From: Chrysomallon squamiferum
Lineage: Eukaryota > Animalia > Mollusca
Direction: 5' to 3'
Assembly (NCBI GenBank): GCA_012295275.1
Contig: CM022673.1
Coordinates: forward strand, 4,092,001-4,156,000
DNA length: 64,000 nt
Below, piece by piece: positions 26,545 to 40,039 of this stretch (positions are counted from its first letter, which is position 1; every line of letters starts with the position of its first letter). Below the pieces are notes generated by a model. It had not been told where the DNA came from and made no database searches. It was given only the letters and a program-made list of their open reading frames with translations. The position numbers were made by a program, and so were the translations under genes.

Positions 26545-26795
26545 GTAATAAATTAATAATGTTGTTAGTAAGTTAATGTTATCAACAAGGAATTAATGTC
26601 AGGAATTAATGTTATCAGTAAGGAATTAATGTTATTGGTAAAGAATTAATGTCAGGAATTAATAATGTTGTTAGTAAGGAATTAATGTTATCAGTAAGGA
26701 ATTAATAATGTTATCAGTAAGGAATTAATAATGATGTCTGTTAGGAATCAATAATATCAGTAAGAAATTAATTCAGTAAGGAATTAATGTTATTC
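26545..26795. repeat. Degenerate ~20-bp minisatellite (AAGGAATTAATGTTATCAGT)
   Basis: About a dozen imperfect tandem copies in the CXXC gene intron. Confidence 0.85.
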
Positions 26796-28590
26796 AGAAT
26801 GTTTTGCTGTTATATACTGACAGAAAAATAATTAATATTTACTTTAGATGAAAACTGGAAACAAAAATCCAGTACCAATTAATTTATATTAGAACATATA
26901 GAAGTGTAATTGGCATAAAATTTTGTTTTTAAATTTTTTTTATTTAATATATGATTGTTTTTATTTAGATTCACACAAGTATGTTTGAATGGATGTGTGT
27001 CTGTGTGTGTGTGTGTGTGTGTGTGAAAAACAAATTGCATGAACTGTCTTAAAATGTTATCTCATATTTTGCTTAAATACGGAATTTAAATTAAATACAC
27101 TTCATTTTAGATATTTAAGATATGTGCAACAATTTGTTTAAAACAATTTATTATTACTATTATTATTATTTTTTTTTTTTTTAAATATGTCTACTAATAT
27201 ATTTCCAGGAATAGATAAATGAATCTGTAATATTATTTAACAAGTAGTTGTGAATGATGATTTAAAAAAGTAAAAAATAAAAAATAAACATCTGACGCGG
27301 AGTTACAGGACACTCTTTGGTATCAGTTTTTATGTGCATAGCTCCATGTAAAGCTTATCGCACAGCCTTTGATAAACGGTATGTTACAGACATGATTGTG
27401 AATAGCTGGATGGTCATCCCAAAGAAAATTAATTCTGTGATCCGGGTCTTGCCTCCAGCTGTCTGTGAAACTACACAACTAGGCGAAACTCAGTGGGAGG
27501 GCAGATTTGAAACGTGAATGCTTGTATACAGCCCACTGAAGAGAATACAGATGTTATGTTATGTTTAACCTGTATAGTGTGAAATACAACTCCCTGCTTC
27601 CCCATTTCTTGGTGTTGTGTTACCTTAAAAAATTTCTTTTATGGACAGCTATGCAATATTTTTTTTCAGCAGTGCCAATGATTCAATAACTTGTTTCATT
27701 TTTGCAAGATTTGTGTTACGTGGACCATGAATGGTTTTAAAATAATTTTTAAAATAATTTTTAAAGTATTTACGTACACAGAAACGTATCAAAAAATTTA
27801 TATATATATATATAACAATACATACATATATATATATATATATATAAGAATTTAATTTATGTGTGTGAGGATGTGGTGGTGGTTGTTATGGGAGGTGCTG
27901 GTGGAATGTAGCTTTACCATTATTTTTATTGTTCACCCATCATCCTACTGTCCATCCAGAGCCGTGTCCTGATACAGCTAGCTGTGGGGTGTACAGTGCT
28001 GTCTCAGAACAGCTGGCACAAGTATTTCAAAACAGAGGAATAATTAATTTCACATCATGATCCATGATTATATTACTGAGTGAAAGTAATGTTTAGGAAG
28101 ACGTTACCATTTTTAGTGGTGTGCAGTGCTAACCTACAGTACCCAGAGTATATAACCCTTGTGTGTGTGTGAACACTTTAAAAAAAAAAAATATTTTAAA
28201 TATTTTAAAAAAATAAATTGTTTTGATATTTTATCATTGTTCATAAATATCTGTTAAATAATATTACAGTTTCATTTACCTATTCCTGGAAATATATTAC
28301 TAGACATATTTATTTTATTATTTTTCTTTTTTTTTAAAGATAAATTATTACATATATATCTTAAATAATCAAAACTTACTCTGTTTAAATTTAGATTTTA
28401 TATTTAAGCAAAATATGATAAAAGGGATCATAAAATTTGATTATGATCATTTTAATCTAGTTTGGTTAAGCCTTCTATATTCATTGTCGACTGTGTTTCA
28501 CAAATCAAAAGTCCCATCAGATTCATGCTGTGAATTCAGTTTAGCATAGGAAATATTGAGATTCCACTGAGCTAATTTACTAATAAACCT

Positions 28591-28930
28591 GGGAGTGAGT
28601 TACAGCTCAGTGGTAACACTGCAGGGCTGTGTTACTGTGGGCCTTAGGATCAATACTCTTCAGTGCATTCACTGGGCTAATTGCTGTCCCAGTCAGAGCT
28701 CCATGGTTAGTTTATCAAAAGCCGTGGTTTATTTTTTTCGATCAGTGGGAAGGTGCATAAAACATTTCCTTGCTGGTGATGGAAAACTATAAAAGAATAT
28801 AGGCTACTATTATTTCATCAGCTGCAAGGAACATTTTTAACAACAACCTATTCAATGCACTTATAGTGTTATACTGTAATCTTAGATCAAAAATATGTTG
28901 AGTATGTTGTTGTTAAAGATTTTTTCCTTC
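28591..28930 (+). mobile_element. Degenerate tRNA-derived SINE of gastropod type
   Basis: A-box TACAGCTCAGTGGTA, B-box-like GGATCAATAC, core TATCAAAAGCCGTGGT...GTGGGAAGGTGCATAAAA...CCTTGCTG and tail AAAATATGTTGAGT...TTCCTTC, resembling snail SINEs as I recall them. Further fragments at ~47831-47890 and ~49545-49615. Confidence 0.7.
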
Positions 28931-31503
28931 TTTGTTATTTAAAAAATAAAAAATCTAAAAAAGATCAAAGCAGAAACTGTAAATTATGTATTAAAGAATT
29001 TATTATGAAACATAATATTTTCAAACTCAGGTTTTGTCACAGTAATGTTGTCTTGGGGACAGATTATTTTTTTATTTTTTTTATTTTTTTGTTTGCTCTG
29101 TTATAAATTCACACTTCATATGTTTTCATATACCTACTTTTCATCCCTTTTCTATTACCACTTTTCTTAAAAAAAACCCATTTAATTCTACACACCTTAG
29201 CTTTTTTTTGAAAAACAGATTTTATGGATCAAAACAAACTGTAGTAAAAAGGAGTGTCTCTATCGTCCAGCTTAGTCACTGAGTAAAGTGTCAGTTTGTG
29301 TTTCTAAATATAGTTTTTAATATAAAGTGAAGTGTGTGAGATAACAAAGCACAGTGTGTTGTTAATCAGCTAGAAATCCCGGCAGAAAGGTAAAGTTAAC
29401 TGACTGGTTCACTAGGCTGGTAAAACATTTTTTTTTTTTTTGGGGGGGGTCCCTAAGTTTTAATTACATTTCATGAATCTGCTTGATAAAAACGTTCTTG
29501 TGAAACGGTGTTTGTTACCTCCTCTCTCACTTTCTCTCTCTTTCTCCTGTCCTCTATGTCATTTACTCTATAAAATCATTGTTAAGACATAATGTTTTGC
29601 ATTGTTGCTTATATAAATTCAAGAGAATAATAATTTGACTTTGTACTAATTAAAAAACATTCTCTTTCTGGACATGCTAATCATATAACCAAAGTTACTG
29701 AAATATTTTTTTACTAAAATGGACAAGCCTTACTATTTGCATTGACTATCTGAATATTATTCTTAAATTATTTATCTTTCTTCATCTAAATCATACTCAA
29801 ATATTAACCTGGGGTATTTCTCTGTAGCTTTAACCCACGCAAAATCCACCACTCCATGTTTTCCTTATGGTAGACTTACTCATTCATCCTGGGCAAAGAC
29901 TTGAGAGAAGTTTACATTTATGTACATTGTGTGCTTACATTACTTTGATGGCTTTGTTTAGGAGCTGGGTACAGATACCTGTAAATGTGCGACATTGTGT
30001 TTGGTGAACTGCAGCTAACAAAGAAATAGTTGTAACTTGTATACTCCAGCTGAATTGCATTGTATTGTAAACTTCGTTCATTCACTGCTGTTATTGTGTT
30101 GAGAAGACCGACTTAGAATAGTCTGACTTTCAGAACGATATATTTGTTGTTGTATATACACATAAGTTCAGTGAAATGCATCACGCTGTTTTAAAACTAT
30201 ATACAGTTATTGTGTCTGTATGTAAAATATATAGTTATTATGTGTGCATGTAAAATATGTAATTGTTATGTGTACATAAAATATATAGTTATCATGTGTA
30301 TAAGTAAAATATATAGTTATTACCTGTATACTTGGGTACAAGTGTATTAAAATGAATCATGTTTTAAAATACCTGAAACATCAAGTATTATCTTACTTCT
30401 GAATATACTAGTAATAAACGGCACATATATATATATATAATTAAAATTAAGTTATATCAAATTTTAAAACTTGATGATGATCTTAACATATATTTCTTTT
30501 TTTTGTTTTAATTACAACAATGGTATTTTAGTATCTTTAAATGTATGTATCTATAAATTACTTGGTAATTTTAATGATGTGTGTGTATATATATATATAT
30601 ATATATCATCATCAAGTTTTAAAATTTGATATAACTTAACATATGTATATGTATGTATTAAATTGAATGTTAGAATTTGCTTTGTATTCACAACATGATT
30701 ATTTCCTTTTTGATATATTAAAAGAATATCCTAAACATTAAAACTGTTTGCATTTCTAGCAGTATTGTGTAATGTGCCCAAATGTGTTGGTAATTTCAAT
30801 GAATAAAATAGTGAAAATGTAATGGCTTTTATGAATGTTGCATATTGCTTTTGATGGGTTATAATATTATGTCCACTGCAGAACTACTTTAATTATTCAT
30901 CTTATAATGAGAATCTTGTTAACTAAATGCCATTCATAGTTTTTTAGTTTTGGCTTGAGTGGAGAAAGTGTATCTGCCCCAAACAAAAAGTTTCTGAATT
31001 TTAAATAGAAAAAAAGATATTCTGCCATTACATTGCTTTTTATTATTGGTCAGAAAATACTGGTGAACTATATTTACCTTTTTTAATAAATACAATTAAT
31101 ATTTTGCCTGAGCATTCAATTAAGTCTTTCATTTAAGATTTATGAAATGTAAGTGGCTGGGTGCAATAATAACTATGAAGAGTGGTCTTGTTTGAATGTA
31201 TTATTTATTACAATGAGCTTATAGTATTTATTTTATTGAGTATGAAGTAGATTATTTGTTTCAGACAGTTTCTTGAGGATTCAGTCTGATAAGATATTTG
31301 CACCTTTATTCTGTATTGGGATAATATTTACTTGTTAGAATGCATCTTATTTCCATTTCATCTGCTTATTTATAAATTCCAAATAATCTCAAATGCTAAA
31401 ACATTTACACTTCATTGAAATGCAATACATATTATATATGTGTACATACACAGGCCCCCATATTAATTTATATATGGACATGTGAGTGCACACGCACGCA
31501 CGC

Positions 31504-31540
<37 letters not shown>

Positions 31541-31703
31541 GAGTACATAAAACAAGTTAAACCAGCACACACCAAAATAAAATTCCATATAAATCTGTCA
31601 GAATAGACATATTACATAAAAACAATTATTACATTTTTTTTTTTTCAAAAATAATATATTTTTTTTTTGTTTCAGATGAGCAAGATTTGCTTCAGTTTGT
31701 GAC

Positions 31704-33839
31704 ATGGATAATTACAACCTGCCAATGAAAATCGAGGCAAATGATGATGAAGAATACATTGTGGAACACAACGAGAATGGTGAATACGATGAGGATGAAC
31801 TGGTCAGTCCCAATGGCCAGAGTGAGTCGGACTGGGGAAATCTTCAGGACAGTGCTGCTGGGAAGCTGCGGCTGAAGAGACGGAGAAAGTGTGGGCAGTG
31901 CGGTCCCTGTCAGGTGAAGGAGAACTGTGACAAGTGTCACTTCTGTCTGCGGCGCGACGTCCTCAAACAGTCGTGTATCTACAGGAAGTGTTTGTACCTG
32001 CGCAAGAAGCCTTCACGAGTGAGAGACTGTGTCCCTTCCAACAGCAGACATCCATCAAGCAGTCAGTCGCCGTCAACGGCTACAGCTACAGCATCAGTGT
32101 CAGCGTGTGGATCTGGTCCAGCTCAGAACAATAGTACCTCACCACTGTCACCCCCACAGCCAAGTCCGTCGTTCATGCCTTCGAACTCTGCAACCAGCAA
32201 TCACCATCACTTACCAACACCGGACACACACAGACCTTTGCTACCAGTTGACCCTCTGTCAGGATTTCAGCCTGATTCCTTAAGACAGTTACCTGTGCCT
32301 CCTCCACCAGATCCTCTCAGATCATATCAATCTCCGCCTCAGTCCGACGTCCTCAGGTCCCATTCTGCAGATCAGGTCAGGTCTCCACATTCAGACATGC
32401 GTCCCATGTCCTCGGATACCGTGAGGTCTCTGCCAACCAGTCAGGCCCCACCGACCAGTGTCGAGCAGCTGCGATCCATGACTACTGATCCCTTACATCA
32501 TATGCAAAGTGAATCATTGAGACATTTTCAGAACAATCATTTGCGTCCATTCCAGGCTGACCAGCCAAGACCACATTTAGGAATGGAAATGCTGAGACCA
32601 TTTCCATCTGAGCAGTATGGAATGGCGGCCTATGGACCACCTCGGCATGTGTGGCCTCCTCCAGGCCTGCCCAGTCCGTACAACTTTCAGGCCAATAATA
32701 TGAACATGGCAGCTAGTCCATCTTGCAGGATGAGTCTGCCGGAAGCCTGCCGCTATTCCATGCCAGCTCAGCCATCGTTTCCACATCATCCACATCATCA
32801 CATGCCATTCAACATCAACTCAGACTTCAGACATCCAGTCCCGTTTGGCACACCTTCGTCTCTTGGTCCTCCAATGAATCCACCATTTTATCCCCCACCT
32901 CCGGTGCCTCCTGTACCAAGCACAAGTCTTCCGACTCTGCCCATCGTACAGTACTCTGCATCGCAGGAAGCCTACCCAGGAAGTCGCTTCACGGCTCCTC
33001 CAATGTACACAGGAAGCCTTTATTCCCCTTTTCGTCCTCCTAGTGAACCGTACATTTACCACGCATTGTTCCCACCCGCGGAATCTGTTTTCTCAGGTAA
33101 CGGCAGCAAAATGGCTTCTTTCAGAGACCAGTTTTTGAGGACTTGTGACAAGTTTGATTTGTGTTCGAAGGATTTTAACTTAACTGGCATCCCCGAGGAC
33201 GATAAAACGATGATGTTGGAAAAATACAAAAACCATATCAGTGATCCAATCATTTCTGATGAACCTCAGAAGCTTTCGGACAAAATGAGAGAATTAAGTG
33301 ACAAGTATTCTTCTTCTAGAGAGATTGATGAGGATCTTAGAGATGAGATCAGTCGGGTTACAGGTAATGGAGAGTGTAACGTGTGTATTACCATAGACGA
33401 TTACAAAATGCAAGCATACATTCGATCGGATGGTGTAAATAATTTAGAAATTGAAACTGAAAGTCCTCAACCCATTGCAAATAGTAGCAATAATAACCAA
33501 AACGTTTCTGAAAACCACAGCAGTAATGAATATTCTAACACAGATGACAATGAAAACAATAATAACAGTGATATTACGGATAAAGAAAACCAAAAAAAAC
33601 AAACGGAAACGGTTGTGCCAGTTCCCAAACGAACAGCAGTGGTAGGCAGTGTGTGTTTGAGACAGGACCTTGGCGAGGAAGGCATCTTGCAGCTAGAAGT
33701 GCCTGGCCACCGTGTTTTCTTGGAGAATGTTGTCATAGACAACAGCATCCTCAGCCAGTCAGAAAAACCAGACGAACTCCTAGACTTCATTAAAGGTCCA
33801 AATAAGGAGAGTGTTTTTCTCCCTTATCTGTTCCCATAG
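31704..33839 (+). CDS. CXXC-type zinc-finger protein with TET/IDAX(CXXC4/5)-like Cys spacing, single coding exon, 711 aa
   Basis: Long GC-richer ORF. Residues 59-103 (RRRKCGQCGPCQVKENCDKCHFCLRRDVLKQSCIYRKCLYLRKKP) give C-x2-C-x2-C-x5-C-x2-C-x2-C-x9-C-x4-C. Pro/Ser/His-rich middle and a more complex C-terminal region. Splice acceptor 28 nt upstream and an in-frame TGA at 31677. Confidence 0.9.
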   Translation: MDNYNLPMKIEANDDEEYIVEHNENGEYDEDELVSPNGQSESDWGNLQDSAAGKLRLKRRRKCGQCGPCQVKENCDKCHFCLRRDVLKQSCIYRKCLYLRKKPSRVRDCVPSNSRHPSSSQSPSTATATASVSACGSGPAQNNSTSPLSPPQPSPSFMPSNSATSNHHHLPTPDTHRPLLPVDPLSGFQPDSLRQLPVPPPPDPLRSYQSPPQSDVLRSHSADQVRSPHSDMRPMSSDTVRSLPTSQAPPTSVEQLRSMTTDPLHHMQSESLRHFQNNHLRPFQADQPRPHLGMEMLRPFPSEQYGMAAYGPPRHVWPPPGLPSPYNFQANNMNMAASPSCRMSLPEACRYSMPAQPSFPHHPHHHMPFNINSDFRHPVPFGTPSSLGPPMNPPFYPPPPVPPVPSTSLPTLPIVQYSASQEAYPGSRFTAPPMYTGSLYSPFRPPSEPYIYHALFPPAESVFSGNGSKMASFRDQFLRTCDKFDLCSKDFNLTGIPEDDKTMMLEKYKNHISDPIISDEPQKLSDKMRELSDKYSSSREIDEDLRDEISRVTGNGECNVCITIDDYKMQAYIRSDGVNNLEIETESPQPIANSSNNNQNVSENHSSNEYSNTDDNENNNNSDITDKENQKKQTETVVPVPKRTAVVGSVCLRQDLGEEGILQLEVPGHRVFLENVVIDNSILSQSEKPDELLDFIKGPNKESVFLPYLFP

Positions 33840-34138
33840 CAACATGTTCTGTGACATCACTGTATGACATCATCATTGCTAAGTGGTTCAGTGCTGTTGT
33901 GTCACATCTATTAACTAGTCTCACGGCATACAGGGTTTTTACAACAGTGCGGGTGGGTTTATGTTTTAAGGTCTCAGTGTTGAATATGTTAATTTTTTTT
34001 TTATGTTCAGGTCACCAGAAAAGTACAGGGTTAAATTTATCTGAACAATTAAAGTGAATCAATCATATTTTTGTCTTGCCATAATGTTTTGAAGTAACTA
34101 AATAAAACAGAAATAAATTATTTAAATCTCTTTATGAG

Positions 34139-34215
<77 letters not shown>

Positions 34216-35338
34216 AACATGATTTTTAAATTGTTTTTAATATATATTTTTTATTTATTATTATTATTTTTTGTATTATTATTAGTTTCAGAATGAATTG
34301 GTTCACTTTAATTGCATTTCTGGATGATTTTCATGTTAATGCAAGACAGTTTGTCCATGACTTACTTATAATAGAATAATTATATTTACAATATTGTTTT
34401 TAAAATGTAATTTGTCCCTGTCTCTTTCTATCTTTACTGTTGCAATAACAAATTCATCAGATTGTTATATTTTCTCATTTGTTGTATTTTCTCATTTTCT
34501 GCCATAAATAAATTAAACTGAAGGTTCTTCATTAACAAGAAATTGATCTGAGTTACAAAGATTATGTTAATAATAAGTTCAAAAGATACACATTAAAATG
34601 AAATGGTTGTTATAATATTATTTACAAACAAAGACTGTATTAACAGAAATGTCAAACAACAAAAGTGGTTGTTACATTAAAATAGGTACCATTTTCAAAA
34701 TTTAACATTTAGTACAGTATTTATTATTTTTAGGTTTTTTTTTTTTTTAAATGGATATTTAACACACTTTTACAGTTTATTTATCTATTGTGGGGAAATG
34801 GCTTTAAAAGACTGAGTTAGCTTTACATCATCATTATTAATCTGTTGTGATGCATATATATTTGTATTTGTTCTAACATGGGAGAAGAATAACAAGTACT
34901 TAACTACAGCAAAAAGTGCACATATCATTAATAACTGTGTACATAGGTAAACCTTAATATTCTATAATCGGTTTCTAAATCTTACTAAATTAAAACTTAA
35001 TTTTCATTTATTTTTAAGTAATAGAAACTAAACAGAAAAAAAAATACTGGCATAATATACTGGTATTTAAATATATTAAACAAAACCTGGTATGTAAATT
35101 TGATGTTTCAACTAGACTTCTTTTTAATTTTATTTTTTTTACATTTTTAGGTTTTTAAAATTATTTTATACATAAGTTAATAATGATTTGTCAAAAGTTA
35201 AGCCTTTCTTTTTTCTTTTTTTAAAATAGTTTTTACTTAATTCATCTTTCACTATGAGATGTTGGAATGTATGAAAATGATAAAATGTTATTTACATTAA
35301 CTTGAATCTTTGTCTTTCTAATATTACTACTACCATTG

Positions 35339-35373
<35 letters not shown>

Positions 35374-36764
35374 GCAACTGCTACTGCTACTGCTACTTAC
35401 ACTACTACTACTATTATTAATGTTTTGAAGAGAATCTCTTAAAAGTATTTAAAAATATTGTTAATATATTTTGCATTTTATTGGTTTTTTGTGTTAACAT
35501 ATTTTTTATTATTATTTTTGAACTGACATGAATAAGTTGTTTTTTTATAAATTTTATTTTATTTGCATATATATCTATATATGTGTATATATACATACTG
35601 ATGAACTTCTTTAAAACAAAATTTCTGAAAAAATTGGGTCTCATATTCATAAAATCTTTCTAACTTCAAGTTCTGTTTACAAGGAATTGTTAACTTAACA
35701 AGTTGCTTTTGGTTTAAATAAATTAACTTGATACTGAAAGAACTTGCTTGCAGTTTCACTGATTTAACAACTGGTTTGTGAGTTCAGTGATTCAACAACT
35801 TGCTCATGAATTAAATAATTTAACAATTTCCTTGTTATTTGAATGATTTAACAACTCCATACGTAGCAAGTAATTTTACTTTAAAAGCCTTATAAATAAG
35901 GTGGTTTTTTTTCTTGTAAATCATTATAAAAATAAGATTTTATGAATTTGGGTTGATGCATTTTTCACCACAGTCCCTATGTTTTTTATTATCATATCTT
36001 AAAAGACAGTGAAAACTGCTCAATATTATTTCTCAGTAGCTTTATCAAGAACAAAACCCAAGAATTATTAGTTTGGTATTTTAAATTATTTCTTTCTTAT
36101 CCAAACAAGAATGATTTTATCAACCACTTAAATGATGATTGCAGATATTTTATCAGTTGAATGATGATTGTAATAAATACCATATCATGATTTCAGATAT
36201 TTTACCACAATTAAAGGACAATAATTAAACAACTGAATATAAATATTTGATAAAACTGTTGAATAATGAAGATAATATATCTTCAAACAGAATGATGATG
36301 ATAATATTTTGTCAGATGATTATTTTATTTACAGTCTAAGAAATATTGTTATATTGTTGAAGTATTTGCTTTGTGTTGTTATTACTTTTTACAAAACTAT
36401 TTTAATTAGCTGTAGTGTTGTCAGTTCATTTAAGAAATAGATACATTTTTAAAACTTTATATAGATAACTGTTTGCATTACCATTTCATTTTACATTTAT
36501 CACTGCTTGTTATCATACAACTTTGTTAGGGAACAAATTATTGTTATTATCTTTGGTTACACACAGATAATTAGAGAACAATTTTTAAATTATTATTATT
36601 AACAATGGTTAGAAGCAGTTGTAACAAAGATTAATTTTATTATCTATAGTTAATGTTAATTAGTGAACAATTTAAAAAAAAAAAAAATATTTATGTTTTT
36701 ATTTATTTATTTATCGTGTTTATTTTTTATTTTTTAATCTATGGTTATATTTACTGATATAGTG

Positions 36765-36841
<77 letters not shown>

Positions 36842-38922
36842 GCTGCAGTCAGTGTTTTAATCAGCCAGTCAAGTTATTTAACGTAGGTCACATCCTAATT
36901 CCATGATAATTCAGTTTTTAAACATTGTGCTTATTTGATAAAATAAAGATCAGTAGTTTTGGAAATACGGTATGATACTTTTTTCCTTCAAATATTGTTT
37001 ATAATATTTGGATAATGATGCACAAATAATTGGGTTGTTTTTGCATAATACATACATCCAGAAATGTGTACATATGTGCACATGCACAACATGCGTGCAT
37101 TCATGCAGACATACAGTGAAATTTCAGATGCAAAGATATATACACATAAACAAACATACATATATAAAAACATTCAGACAGAAGTGTATTCATATTCATA
37201 AATGCTGGCCTTAGGTTAGGTTTTATTAGTAATTAAGTTTCTTTTATTATTATTATTATTATTATTTTCTTACAGTGGCCTTAACCTTCAGTTTAAAGGC
37301 TCTAGATATTATATGTTGTAAAAGAGAATCTATAATTATAAACAAGCTTTAAAACACAGATATGAGTGACTGTGACATACATGTGATATTTGTTAATGAA
37401 AACTAAATGTACATAACATAATACACATGCAATCTGGAATAGAACTTACTACATAGAGAAAATGATACTTAAGAAATGAAGAAAAAATCCTTTATTTTAT
37501 CCTATGAATCTCATATGAATATATTCTTAACAGAACAAGTCCTTTTGTTTTAATTTGTCTTCTACAAATATAATAATGATGATGATGATAATAATAATAA
37601 TAATAATAATAATTTACTAAGGTTATTATTATTGTTTTTGTTATTATTATTTTGATATACATTGTATATTAATAGAATAAGTTTTTTTTAATTGTTTGCA
37701 GTTGTTAGAAAACCAATAAATAATAACATGACACTGATCTATTATGGGTACTTGTAATTATTATTATTTATTATTATTACTTTTAATATATTTATATAAA
37801 AATACATTCATGTAAGTTGAACCATATTTTCTTGCAAATTATTTTATGAAGATATATTGCAAATATAAAAAGTAATTTGTTTTCTTTTTTCTTTTTTTTT
37901 CTTTTTTACTTATTTACTTGTACTATTTGTACAAAATAGATAAAAACCATGTGTATCATTGTCAAAAATAAATCTTAAAATATCATTTTCTTGGTTATTT
38001 GTTCATTAATTTATTTTTAAGCCTAAAGGTTTTCACTAACTGTAGTCACGGCTTTAGCCTACTGTAGTCCAATAAATGATTGATACTGTTAGCAAAAATC
38101 CTTCAAAGTCTGAGGCGGTGGGGGTTAACGAAATGAAAGAGAACGTGCAAAACAACAAGGACATTAAATAAAAATGTAACAAAAAATATTTAAAAACAAA
38201 AAGCATACAGATATGTTCAGATCTCGTAGAGATATGTTCCATTATACTTTTCAACATAATGTCAGTAATAATAATTTAAAAACATTAAATGTAATGTTTT
38301 TGTGTTGATACGTTTGTGTTGGAACATTTAAAAATTATTTTTGTATTATTATTATTAATTTTTAAAAAGAAATTCTGATGAAAAAGAAATATATTAAATT
38401 CTTCACTTTTCCATTCTGTTACATAAACAATGTATTTTCAGTGCTGTATTAAAAGTGTTACTTAAAAAAGAAAATCAGACGAAATCCGGCAAATTGTTAA
38501 AACCGCTATTTACTATGTATAAAGATAAAACAACGGAACTAACAAGAACGCTAAAAAGAGTTATTACAGAGCTTCTAATCATATATTACGGCAAGAAGCG
38601 TACACATTATTTCACCGTTATCTTTTTCATGTGTTTATACAGGGTGAGACACTACTGTATCAAGCAAGCTTGAAACCACATTTTTTTTCGGATTTTGGAA
38701 TATAGAGAGAATAAGATGAGGTCAGGATTTATTTTTGGATACGAATTCCATAAGGATTTATTTATTTAAATAATATTTTTAATAATTTTGTTTTCCTGGA
38801 AAGAATTAGGGGTTTAGTTAAAAAGAACACAGATGTTGTTTTTCAAGTCAGTGTTAGTTACAAAGAAAAAAAAAAAAATAAAAATAAAATAAATGTTTAG
38901 CTTAACCATTGTACCACTTATG

Positions 38923-38967
<45 letters not shown>

Positions 38968-40039
38968 AATGTATATATACTGGAAATCGAGTTTGTCTTA
39001 ACTTGGGCATTCCAATATTAATCAGTGACATTCGACTTAAATAAAATTTTATTGCAGATTTGAAATATACTAAATTGTACATACACTTTTAATACTAAAA
39101 AAATAATAATAACTGTAATTTAATGGGACTTAAACTTGAATAATATAAAACTTTAATTACAAAACAACAACTGCAACAACAGTAACAATAACAACAAGAA
39201 ACAAACAAACAAACAAACAAATAAAAGTAGTTAGGATATGAGAAAAAAGCAAAAATTCCACCAAGTGTGTGTAAGTAAATGATATATTATTATTTACCGT
39301 AGTTTACCCAGTACATCAGCCAGTGTGCAATAGCAAAGTATCTGACGATTACATTCTGGTTGTGTTATTCTACTTACATCCTTGTCGTTTGATTTGCCTT
39401 CTATTACTAATCAATAGTGGTAACAGACATTGTGGCGACAAACATTTTATTACTATACTTTTACTTATTAACCCCAAAATGTTTGTTCGTGCTAGAAACT
39501 AGAATTCACGCATGTTTAATTTATATTTTACTTCTGACTGAATTAAGAAACGTGAGAGATGCGTATTAAACAAATCGGACCTTCCTAGCAAAACACCAGT
39601 GATTATTATTAACTCACTGGTTTTCTATTTCACTTAACTAATAACAGAGATAAAACTCGGTGCAGTGTGTGAGGTAATTAGTTTTAAAAACAATTTTGAC
39701 CAGAACGAACAGACTGTGAAGGAATTGCTGATTTTGAATTGTAATTTAACGTTGTGATGAGTGAAATAATTTTTTAAGGTTATAAGTAACACATATATAG
39801 GTCCTTCACTTGCAAATCTATAGATCTATCTACTTGCAGTCTATAAATACAATTCAAATTTAGTAACAGTAAAAATTAAAAAACAAAAACCCATAGTTCG
39901 ACTGTAATAGCTATCGCTCATCTAAGTTACCACACGTTCACAAATCCATTAATCTTAACGACACAAATACACGTAATCTTGTTTTCTGATTTCAAAAAGA
40001 TGGTTGTAGGCCACTCAGAATGCGGGCACCCTGCCGGAC

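Noticed and set aside
27295-27530. GC-richer intronic island with a 66-aa ORF
   Set aside because: Probably a transposon fragment, but I could not identify termini or protein motifs.
31677-31679. In-frame TGA as selenocysteine or readthrough extending the CXXC protein
   Set aside because: I see no SECIS or readthrough context, and the extension has no recognisable motif.
31692-33790. Antisense and alternate-frame ORFs over the CXXC gene
   Set aside because: Shadow ORFs of a GC-richer coding exon, with no motifs.
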